From Halomicronema hongdechloris C2206 (GTDB lineage Bacteria; Cyanobacteriota; Cyanobacteriia; Phormidesmidales; Phormidesmidaceae): a DNA stretch of 32,000 nt. The notes under the pieces were generated by a model. It was not told the origin of the DNA. It ran no database searches and worked only from the letters and a program-made list of their open reading frames with translations. A program made the position numbers and the translations under genes. This document shows positions 19,757 through 27,598 of the stretch, one piece after another (the stretch's first letter is position 1; the number at the start of each line of letters is the position of its first letter). Where the stretch lies: contig NZ_CP021983.2 in assembly GCF_002075285.3 (NCBI RefSeq), positions 1,530,001 through 1,562,000 of the forward strand. Reading direction: 5' to 3'.

Positions 19757-20137
19757 AAGTTTGACCTCCTTATCGTAAGATCGCCATCGCTATCCCACCG
19801 CTAATGACAGCAGCACTACTGTGCTATATCCTCTACTACAAGTAGCCATGGGGATTCCAACAGAATCCCCTACCTTCGTAGGGCCACCATAACGGGCCGC
19901 TACAGGCGACAGGAATAAGCGCTGTCGTATCTAGTTTCACCATAGCAATGGCAATTATTTCTAACATCTGTCAAGGGAATTAGGTCGACTGGATAGGAAG
20001 ATGCTTGAAAGGTCTGATCGAGCCTCGGAAATGCCTCAATAGGCCTTCTTTAACCATCTTCTAAAGGCAAGCAGCACCGCGAAATAGCCATCGAGTGCTG
20101 GTCTTGCCGGCCAAGCGATCCTAAACAGTGGTTAGAA

Positions 20138-20539
20138 TCAGCGTTCTTGGGGCTCGAAATCTAAAGCCGCCGAGTTCAGGCAATAGCGTTGCCCTGTGGG
20201 CGGCGGACCATCATTGAAAACATGGCCCAAATGGGCATCGCAGGCGGCGCAGAGAACCTCAGTGCGAATCATAAAGTGGCTCAAATCCCGCTTGGTGGCC
20301 ACATTATCCTCATTGATGGGAGACCAAAAGCTGGGCCAGCCAGTTCCTGAATCAAATTTGGTCTCAGCACTAAACAGCTCAGTGCCACAACAGATGCACT
20401 TGTAGATTCCCGGCGCCTTATTGTCATGATATTGACCGGTAAAGGCGCGCTCAGTCCCCTTCTGACGGGTTACATGAAACTGCTCGGGGGTCAGCTGCTG
20501 CCGCCACTCCTCATCCGTTTTCACTATTTTCTGAACCAT
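20138..20539 (-). CDS. msrB: Peptide-methionine (R)-S-oxide reductase
   Basis: The track ORF extends to 20614, but family-length alignment starts at the ATG at 20539 ([37 protein letters not shown]). It has two CxxC zinc motifs and the catalytic RYCLNS. Confidence 0.9.
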   Translation of the reverse strand: MVQKIVKTDEEWRQQLTPEQFHVTRQKGTERAFTGQYHDNKAPGIYKCICCGTELFSAETKFDSGTGWPSFWSPINEDNVATKRDLSHFMIRTEVLCAACDAHLGHVFNDGPPPTGQRYCLNSAALDFEPQER

Positions 20540-20797
20540 AATGAATTCCCGACGTCTACTCGAACGAATCAAAACGAAGCAACCAATACGGCATATTCTC
20601 TCTAGGTGAGGCACAGCCGATCTCCTAAGATCAAGAGATCAAGGGGATTGTGGTCGGCCATGCGCCTCACTGGATGCAAAAACGCCGTAGAGCTGACCGT
20701 TACCATCCATCACAGAGCATAGTAGGTAGCTCCACTTGAATCGTAACGTAGTGTAAAGTTCTGGCCCCAGTTGATTTTTTGAAAATAGCGATATTAT

Positions 20798-22156
20798 TTG
20801 GGGCAGCACGCCAGAAATATGGCCAGAGTATGTCTCCTGGCAATGCCCAGTAATTCACCCATTCCATTTGGTATGACTAACGTGCACCCCCATTCCTCAG
20901 GCGACCCTCGACAGCATCGGGTGGCGATTCATGCCACCGGATCAGCCGAACTCAATCCGGTCCTAGGTAATGCCCTGGGTAGTTTAACGATTAACCTAGA
21001 TGACGAACTGTCCCGCTATCGCCGCCTGCGTCAGGGACAGTCAACGGCAAGGGCTTACCACCCTCCCTTTCGTAAATCCCGTAAAGCCCTTGGCCTGATC
21101 AGCGTTCAGCCTCAGGCGGCTCAGGCACCCACCACACCTACCAAATCCCAAGGGGCGCCATCGGTCGTACCACCACCACCGCCCAATCCCCGGCTGACTC
21201 GCCAACCTGACCCAGGGCAGCTAACCGTGGCGACAACAACGGCATCCCAGCCTTCATCCTCGCCGTCAGAGCCATCCTTAGTCCCTGCCATCGAGTCTCC
21301 CCAGGATTATCTGGCCTCTTCAGAAGCCCTGCTCAGGAGCACTCCTTCCCAGTCGGTGCCATCTGAGTCTGGCAGTAAACCCTTGCTCTGGCGTCACCTC
21401 ACTACCCCCCTAGGATTGGGGACGCTGTTGTTCCTATTAGTGGGGAGTGGTGGACTGGGCTATGTGTTGACGAATCCGGCTACCTTAGAGCACCTCTGGC
21501 AGGGGCATCCATCAGAGACAGCGGCGGATGGCGCCCAGAGGTCCGCAGCCACATCAGACACTCAAACTCAATTCGAATCGTGGGGACCCGATTTAGCCAG
21601 TCAGGAATTTATCGAGCTCAATCTCAACACCCTCAGCACTCTATCTAGCCAGTTAGCCAGTCCGGAGCCAGATCTGCCCTCCTCAGCAGCAACCTCTACA
21701 GAGGCAGAGGCAGAGGCAGAGGCAGACCCCAACGGCACCACTAGCGAGGCTACGACAACCAGGGCTTCAGCCTCCGAGTCTCCACCCAGTGGTTCGGCAG
21801 CAGCAGTCCCCACGCCTGCCCAACCTCGAACCATGTCACGGCGACCAGCCCCGACGCCACAAGCCCCGACGCCCCCATCGCCAAGGCCCTCGCGCTCGGC
21901 AGCCCCTTCTGCCAGCCCTGCCGCTTCTGCCAGTCCTACCCCAACGTCTGTGCCGCCGAATTACTATGTGGTGGCTGATTACACCGGGGATCAATCTCTG
22001 GCGGCGGCTCGTCAGGTTGTCGGTGACGCCTATGTACGCAACTTTTCCATGGGGGCCCGCATTCAACTGGGAGCCTTTGTGGATAGTGAATCGGCCCAAT
22101 CACTGGTGAGGCAACTACAAAGTCAGGGCATCACGGCTCAGGTCCATACACCGTAG
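20798..22156 (+). CDS. SPOR-domain (peptidoglycan-binding) membrane protein with long P/S/A/T-rich linker regions
   Basis: 452-aa ORF with a central TM segment (LGLGTLLFLLVGSGGLGYVL). The C-terminal ~75 aa are SPOR-like (YYVVADYTGDQSLAAARQVV...RIQLGAFVDSESAQSLVRQLQSQGI). The start is uncertain: TTG at 20798, or downstream ATGs at 20819, 20846 or 20873. Confidence 0.7.
   Translation: MGQHARNMARVCLLAMPSNSPIPFGMTNVHPHSSGDPRQHRVAIHATGSAELNPVLGNALGSLTINLDDELSRYRRLRQGQSTARAYHPPFRKSRKALGLISVQPQAAQAPTTPTKSQGAPSVVPPPPPNPRLTRQPDPGQLTVATTTASQPSSSPSEPSLVPAIESPQDYLASSEALLRSTPSQSVPSESGSKPLLWRHLTTPLGLGTLLFLLVGSGGLGYVLTNPATLEHLWQGHPSETAADGAQRSAATSDTQTQFESWGPDLASQEFIELNLNTLSTLSSQLASPEPDLPSSAATSTEAEAEAEADPNGTTSEATTTRASASESPPSGSAAAVPTPAQPRTMSRRPAPTPQAPTPPSPRPSRSAAPSASPAASASPTPTSVPPNYYVVADYTGDQSLAAARQVVGDAYVRNFSMGARIQLGAFVDSESAQSLVRQLQSQGITAQVHTP
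21701..21724 (+). repeat. Perfect hexanucleotide tandem repeat (GAGGCA)x4 inside the SPOR gene, encoding (EA)4
   Basis: Read directly: gaggca gaggca gaggca gaggca. Confidence 0.95.
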
Positions 22157-22259
22157 TGCTGATCTGAGGAAGAGTGCCTTCTGAGCCAGCCTACCCTACC
22201 GTCGCAAGGATACCCCTGCTATGCTTCTAGGCAGGGCAGCTAGCGGTGGGAGCAGCGGT

Positions 22260-22976
22260 ATGGGATTACTGGACCGTCTCTGGCGCGTGATTCGATCCAA
22301 CATCACTAGCTTGGTTAGCCAAGCCGAAGATCCTGAGAAGATCTTGGATCAGGCCGTTGACGATATGCAGTCGGATTTGATTCAGCTGCGTCAGTCAGCG
22401 GCTCAGGCTATTGCCATTCAGAAGCGTACAGAACGCCAGTACGCTCAGGCCAACTCAACGGCTGAGGAATGGTATAACCGGGCTCAGTTAGCCTTGCAAA
22501 AGGGAGAAGATGACCTAGCCCGACAGGCATTAATGAAACGCCAGACCTATCTTGAGACCACCAATGCCATGGAGGGGCAGTTGCAACAGCAACGTCAGGT
22601 GGTTGCCAAGTTGAAAGACAACATGCGAGTGCTGGAGTCAAAGATTGCCGAAGCTAAGACCAAGCGGGATATGTACGTTGCCCGAGCTCGCTCTGCTCAG
22701 GCCTCTCAACGTATCAATGAGATGATTGGACGGGTAGGAACTAATGATGCGATCGCAGCCTTTGACCGCATGGAAGAAAAGGTATTAAACCTGGAAGCCC
22801 AATCAGATGCCTTGGCTGAACTCAGCACCGCCGGTAGCCTAGAGGCTCGCTTTGCCGAACTGGAAGGCCACCCCGACTCGGTAGAGGCCGAACTCGCCGC
22901 CATGAAGACGCGACTACGGGGAAGCACCGATCCCGAATCGGGTTCCCTGCCGCCAGGGGCATCGGGCAATAAGTGA
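22260..22976 (+). CDS. PspA/IM30 (Vipp1) family membrane-remodelling protein
   Basis: The family N-terminus MGLLDRLWRVIRSNITSLVSQAEDPEKILDQAV starts at the ATG at 22260 (the track ORF starts at 22221). The protein is long coiled coil. Only one C-terminal VEAELAAMK-type helix is present, so it looks more like PspA than full Vipp1. Confidence 0.85.
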   Translation: MGLLDRLWRVIRSNITSLVSQAEDPEKILDQAVDDMQSDLIQLRQSAAQAIAIQKRTERQYAQANSTAEEWYNRAQLALQKGEDDLARQALMKRQTYLETTNAMEGQLQQQRQVVAKLKDNMRVLESKIAEAKTKRDMYVARARSAQASQRINEMIGRVGTNDAIAAFDRMEEKVLNLEAQSDALAELSTAGSLEARFAELEGHPDSVEAELAAMKTRLRGSTDPESGSLPPGASGNK

Positions 22977-23176
22977 GCAATAAGTGAGGGCGATGGGGCA
23001 AGGTTAGTTGCCCAGCGCAGGGCGGCAGGTATGCCATCAGAGCTAATTGGCAAAGGACATCTTAAAGAGTCGTCAAGCCAAAGGCTTGCAAGGCTTACAG
23101 CGATCTTGAGGGCGTGGTCGCGGTGTCCCTAACAGTCTTGCTCTGACTACTGTATGGGCGTTTTGCAAATCACCGC

Positions 23177-23554
23177 TCAGGCTGACTGGGGCCAAGACTG
23201 GTGCACAATCAAGCGATTGCCATCGGGATCGTAGGCATAGACCTCGCGGCCATGGGAGGCCGTGATGATAGGACCCCTGGGGGCACAGTCGAGGGTCTCT
23301 AGACGTGCGATCGCATCGTCCAGACTATCGACCTCCAGGCACAGACTGATGGCCCCGGCTCCGGAGGGAAATAGAACCCGATGGTCAGCGCGGGGGCAAA
23401 AGATACCAAGCCTACTGCCTGGCAGCCGAAACTCAGCATAGGTTTGAGCCTGGTAGACCGCCGGGGCTTGCCCTAAAAGGTCTTGATAGAAGCACACCAG
23501 CCGTTCCAACTCCAGACTGGCAACGGTGATCATTGTCTGTTGCACTTGCATCAA
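23177..23554 (-). CDS. VOC-family (glyoxalase/bleomycin-resistance fold) protein
   Basis: 125 aa. The pattern of beta-alpha-beta-beta-beta modules (VASLELERLVCFYQDLLG..., ISLCLEVDSLDDAIARLE..., YAYDPDGNRL) is typical of small VOC proteins. Confidence 0.65.
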   Translation of the reverse strand: MMQVQQTMITVASLELERLVCFYQDLLGQAPAVYQAQTYAEFRLPGSRLGIFCPRADHRVLFPSGAGAISLCLEVDSLDDAIARLETLDCAPRGPIITASHGREVYAYDPDGNRLIVHQSWPQSA

Positions 23555-23644
23555 GACCCTCCTAACGTCAGATGCGATTCCCAGGCCAAGGCACTAAGCT
23601 TCTAGTACAGATGCTCACTCGATACCTCAGAGGAGGTTGCTGCT

Positions 23645-23911
23645 ATGGTTGCGACTGCATCTCCCCAAACCCACGCCATTGTCGACCTCCTGGGCAACGA
23701 GGCCGACAATCTCCTCAATTATTCTGCCGAAGTCCCCAAAGAGTCCCTACACCTGCCCGGTCCAGACTGGGTCGATCGCATTTTCGCCTCCAGCGATCGC
23801 AATCCTCAGGTACTGCGTAGCCTACAACAACTCTACGGCAGTGGGCGCCTAGCTCACACTGGCTACCTCTCCATTTTGCCGGTAGATCAAGGGGTGGAGC
23901 GCTCTGGATAG
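23645..23911 (+). pseudogene. fbaB: 5' fragment (~85 codons) of an FbaB/DhnA-type class I fructose-bisphosphate aldolase gene, truncated at the island junction
   Basis: LLGNEADNLL...LHLPGPDWVDR...RNPQVLRSLQQLYGSGRLAHTGYLSILPVDQGVE matches the N-terminus of E. coli FbaB block for block. Similarity ends at GVE and a stop follows 3 codons later, whereas family members are ~350 aa. Confidence 0.85.
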
Positions 23912-23913
23912 GA

Positions 23914-25353
23914 GTGAAATTGAAGGAGTTCTTTGATTGGCGACGCCAAGGCGATCAACTACCCGGTCCGCCGGCTAGCCTTTTGTCTGGAAACTTGAGA
24001 GAGGTTCAGGAATACGGAGGCTTCTTCAGCTTCCTTCCAGCAATGCATCAACGGTATGGAAAGGTGCTTCGGTTCTGGATGGGATCGTCAGATCTGATGG
24101 TGTCCATTAGCGACCAGGATATTCTTTCTCAAATTGCTTCTACTTTACACTCAAGACCGAAAGCCGCCAAGAAAGCCTTGGGGTGGTTAGGGCATGAGAG
24201 TCCAACATTCAAGAGCCATGAGGAATTGAGGACCATTCGCTCAAAGGTGATGCCCTTGCTGATGGGTGAGTCCTTAAAGTATCTGTGCCTAGTTGGTCAA
24301 GAGCGCACGAAACGAATGCTGGACGGCTGGAAAACTGCGACTGACGCAGTCGAAGTGGCAAGCGACTTCAGTGAGATAACTTTTGATATCATTGGGGTCG
24401 CTTTATTTGGACAAGAGTTCAGTAGCACTGACCTAGGCCAAAAGTTCAAAAAATTGTTTGTGCATGTCCTCCGTGAGGCTCACCCAAGGTCTGAGGAAGT
24501 CATTCCTTCTTTCTGGGATCCAAAATATTGGCAATGGAGAAAGAGCATTTCCCGCTTGCAAGACTGCGCTGAACAACTGATCAAGCAGAGGAGACAAGCT
24601 CTAAATATGAATAAAAGGAAGGATTTATTGTCTCTGGTTCTAAGTGAGAAAGATGGAAGTGGGAATCCATTTTTCTCTGATGAACAAGCCCGTGCCACAA
24701 TTGTAACCTTTGTCTTTGCTGGGTTTGACACCTCTGCATCATCTTTAGCATGGATTTGCTATCTGCTCTCCCAACACCCTGAGGTTCAGGCTAGGGCACA
24801 GGATGAGGTTGATAAGGTACTGGCTGGTCGGTTGCCAGAGTTTGAGGATCTCGACAAACTTAACTATCTGACATGCGTGGTCAAAGAAGCAATGCGCTTG
24901 TACCCACCTGTTCCTGAGGCACTGCGAGCGCTGGAGTCAGATTTGGAAGTTGGTGGCTATTCCATTCCCAAAGGAGCAACCTTTGTTATTCCCATCTCTA
25001 TGCTCCATGAGGATGAACAGATTTGGGAGGAACCCAGAAAGTTTTTGCCAGAGCGTTTCACCCAAGAAAATGGAAAAGACCACCCTCGATATGCTTACCT
25101 TCCGTTCGGAACAGGTTCGAAGAGTTGTATGGGGGCAAGATTTGCCATGACAGAGATTCGACTGGTGCTAGCAATGATGCTGCAAAGGTTCTCATTACAG
25201 TTGGTTCCCGAGCAGGAAGTTATTCCGGAAATGCAATCCATTATTTTGCAACCGAAGTATGGGCTCAGGTTGAACGTTGTGACCAGAAACATGAATGGAA
25301 CCAGAGGACAGACTTTGGAATATTCTGCGTCTGCCGGAGTTGCCAACGCATGA
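23914..25353 (+). CDS. Cytochrome P450 (E-class, CYP3/4/110-like)
   Basis: 479 aa with a GTG start. Proline hinge LPGPP, I-helix AGFDTSA, K-helix EAMRLYPP, PERF, and the heme loop FGTGSKSCMGARFA. The last ~20 codons look like read-through into the next, decayed gene. Confidence 0.88.
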   Translation: MKLKEFFDWRRQGDQLPGPPASLLSGNLREVQEYGGFFSFLPAMHQRYGKVLRFWMGSSDLMVSISDQDILSQIASTLHSRPKAAKKALGWLGHESPTFKSHEELRTIRSKVMPLLMGESLKYLCLVGQERTKRMLDGWKTATDAVEVASDFSEITFDIIGVALFGQEFSSTDLGQKFKKLFVHVLREAHPRSEEVIPSFWDPKYWQWRKSISRLQDCAEQLIKQRRQALNMNKRKDLLSLVLSEKDGSGNPFFSDEQARATIVTFVFAGFDTSASSLAWICYLLSQHPEVQARAQDEVDKVLAGRLPEFEDLDKLNYLTCVVKEAMRLYPPVPEALRALESDLEVGGYSIPKGATFVIPISMLHEDEQIWEEPRKFLPERFTQENGKDHPRYAYLPFGTGSKSCMGARFAMTEIRLVLAMMLQRFSLQLVPEQEVIPEMQSIILQPKYGLRLNVVTRNMNGTRGQTLEYSASAGVANA

Positions 25354-25800
25354 AGGCGCGGAGGACTACCTTCTAACTGTAAAAAGTCTGGCATTGAATC
25401 GTGATGGTCAATGGTTTGCGGGGATTGGGCACAAAAAGAGGCGATCATGTTGCCTTGTTTTCGCCAAACGTTCTAGAATTCGTCATCTCCTATCTTGGCA
25501 TTTTGAAGCTCGGTGATGTTGCAGTTTCACTATACGTCAGGTATCACAGGTTTCCCCAAAGAGGCTACTTTTTCCCATGGCAATGTAATTTCTAACACCC
25601 ACTCATAGAACTGCTGTTGTGTAATGCGGCCTGATGAGCAGTTACTAGTTTACCTGCCCCTATTCCATTGCTTTGGTCAAAACGCAATTCTCAACAGTGG
25701 TTTCAATGCCTGTGCCACTATTATTCTGCAACGCCGATTAAACCAGAGCAAGTCCTGGAAACTATTACCGCTGAGCAGGCTGCTACCGTTGCTGCGAACT
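25291..25800 (+). pseudogene. Decayed AMP-dependent synthetase/ligase (acyl-CoA ligase) gene
   Basis: Family blocks are scattered over three frames: NGLRGLGTKRGDHVALFSPNVLEFVISYLGILKLGDVAVSL (frame of 25401), and then directly YTSGITGFPKEATFSHGNVISN (AMP motif, shifted frame). About 100 codons that normally separate these two blocks are missing. An in-frame TAG follows at 25606-25608, then LVYLPLFHCFGQN, then another shift to KPEQVLETITAEQ. Similarity is lost at ~25800. Confidence 0.8.
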
Positions 25801-26121
25801 TCCCACTGCCCAGACTTGAGAATAGGCAAAATCAATCGCCTCTTTTAATGCTTCATAAGTTCGCGCTCCAACTGAGCCCAAGATGCTCTTTACCTTCGAC
25901 CAAAATGGTTCTATCGGTGAGAAGTCTGGGGAATAGGGTGGTAAAAATCTGATCTCGGCACCTACCGCCTCAAGCGTAACTGTGACCTCTTCTGTGGCTT
26001 TATGGGTAGAGCTATTATCCACAATAAGTACGGCTCCAGGCCATAGCTTAGGTGCTACTCGACGAATGATGTACGCTTCAAATGTCGGCTCTCTTGGATC
26101 TATGGTGACGGACTTGTTTTC
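25783..26121 (-). mobile_element. IS630/Tc1-mariner family transposase, C-terminal fragment only
   Basis: The minus strand reads ...TFEAYIIRRVAPKLWPGAVLIVDNSSTHKATEE...RFLPPYSPDFSPIEPFWSKVK (the DDE third-Asp/Glu region). There is no N-terminal half, and it abuts the ISL3 stop codon at 26122. Confidence 0.8.
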
Positions 26122-26505
26122 TCAGGAGAAACAGGCTAATAGCCTAATTCGCAGATTTTCAAAGTTTGTAAACCCATAAGCCTGCCGCTTGATCAACTTT
26201 ATTTTGTTGTTTATCCCTTCCATAACTCCACTGGTTGTACGGTCGATAAAGTAATGACATATTCCATCAAGATGGTTTTTAATCGTTTTGATACAACTGC
26301 AATACAGATTTTCTCCTTCTTTCATCCACTTTTCTAGTTGAATTCGGGCTTCTTCTGGCGCTTGGTAAGATTGATAAATATCTCTGAAACTCTCTTTAAG
26401 CTCATAAGCCTTTCTCAATCGCTGAGAGCACCTCAGAACCTCCTCTACTTGCTCTTCTTGTTCTGCATCTAACTCAGACCTACTCTTGAGTATTAAGTAT
26501 TTTGG
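26122..26505 (-). mobile_element. ISL3 family transposase, C-terminal fragment
   Basis: KYLILKSRSELDAEQ...LRKAYELKESFRDIY...DRTTSGVMEGINNKIKLIKRQAYGFTNFENLRIRLL is the canonical ISL3 C-terminus. Confidence 0.8.
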
Positions 26506-27168
26506 TGGTGCTACACAGGTAATGATGCATTGCAGTGATGAATGAAGTTCCACAACAATCCGATATGATTGCGTAGACTTTTTGAGAAGGCCAAACTCCG
26601 TCGCACAAACCGTGAGACTCGCTGACGCAGGGTGCAGTTGAATCGCTCGATATAGCTGGTTTTGCCACTCGCTTTAGTCACTACCCGATGCCGCTTCTGG
26701 GGCAGCATGCTCTGGTAGGCTTCCCACTCATCGGTGCAGAGCACGGCGCACTGACGATAGACCGGCGGCAGTGATCGCCACAGGCGCTGGGCGCGCTCTC
26801 GATCCCGCCTGCCCACGTGCGCCTCAATGATTTCTCGGGTATCGGCATCAAGGGCAAGCCAACCCCATTGTTTGTTGCCTTTATGGTCAACGAAGGACCA
26901 AAGTTCGTCGCACTGCACGGTTAATTGCCTTTTTTTTGGGCTGTACCTCGGCCCGGGTCGCGGTTTGTGCCGATTTGTCCTTGACGGAATCCTGCAGCCA
27001 TTGTTCGGAAACCTGCATCGCTCGCGCGATGCCAGCCATCGAGATGCGTTCCAGCAGAAGTCTGTCAATCAGCTCTCGGGTCGGCTGGTCAATGCGTTTA
27101 TCCGTTGGATTCTCCATGAACTGGTAACCGCATTGGCGGCAGAGAAAGCGTTGTTTTCCGGTATGAAT
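26506..27168 (-). mobile_element. IS1 family element, 5'-truncated (InsA-like and InsB-like frames)
   Basis: The InsA-like part is IHTGKQRFLCRQCGYQF...LLLERISMAGIARAMQVSEQWL. The InsB-like part is CDELWSFVDHKGNKQWGWLALDADTREI...YIERFNCTLRQRVSRFVRRSLAFSKSLRNHIGLLWNFIHHCNASL. The two frames overlap at an A8 run. The first CxxC of InsA and the left end are absent. Confidence 0.8.
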
Positions 27169-27471
27169 ACGCTCTGTTGAATGGCGGTCGAAATCGATAA
27201 AATCTATCGCTTCTGTAAAGTACTTCTGACAGTTTTCACACTTAAACTGGCGACGCTCGATTGTCAGTACTGTAAATTTTCCCAAGATTGACAAATCGCG
27301 AACTTGCAGTGGACGATGCTGATTAACTTTATCTGTTTCACAGCCACAAAACTGGCAAGGTACAGACTGATTGAGCCATCTCAGACCCAAATGCACTTCA
27401 TTGTCAGTCTCCGTACACCTCTCTATGGTTACATTTGGAAAATTGAGCAATCGTTCTAAATGAAAGTCCAT
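27169..27471 (-). mobile_element. ISL3 family transposase, N-terminal zinc-finger fragment (same gene as 26122-26505, split by the IS1 piece with the middle ~200 codons lost)
   Basis: MDFHLERLLNFPNVTIERCTE...CQFCGCETDKVNQHRPLQVRDLSILGKFTVLTIERRQFKCENCQKYFTE is the typical ISL3 N-terminus. Confidence 0.8.
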
Positions 27472-27598
27472 TTCTCTTGTGATTGTGTTTGTGCCTCAGT
27501 ATACATGAGACACCGTCTATCCAGGAGAGCCTAAATTTTTCACTTGTCTGGCATTCTTTTGAGGATGCCTAGAAGGAGAAAACTTGAGCTGAATCTCA

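Noticed and set aside
20061-20108. Possible terminator hairpin downstream of msrB (ggcaagcagcac ... gtgctggtcttgcc)
   Set aside because: The stem needs a 2-nt bulge, the loop is 17 nt, and the trailing T-tract on the minus strand is only TTT. This is too weak to call.
21601-22109. Three alternative-frame ORFs (77, 106 and 87 aa) rich in R, P, G and A
   Set aside because: They are generated by the repetitive P/S/A-coding DNA of the SPOR gene linker. The SPOR frame is the one that ends in a recognisable domain.
22706-23053. 115-aa and 71-aa minus-strand ORFs
   Set aside because: They lie antisense to the 3' half of the PspA-family gene. Their translations are low-complexity with no supporting signals.
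23572-23852. 82-aa and 71-aa plus-strand ORFs overlapping the aldolase fragment
   Set aside because: They are alternative frames of the fbaB remnant. Only the 23645 frame gives the FbaB N-terminal blocks.
24480-25448. Minus-strand ORFs of 83 aa and 117 aa, and plus-strand ORFs 24950-25150 and 25023-25376
   Set aside because: They overlap the P450 coding frame or the decayed ligase region and lack motifs. The P450 frame explains the region.
27472-27598. Search for ISL3 terminal inverted repeats (for example GGAGAGCCTAAATTTTTCAC at 27524-27543 against sequence near 26100-26170)
   Set aside because: I could not find a convincing inverted match between the two putative ends, so I claim no IR or TSD for the ISL3 remnant.
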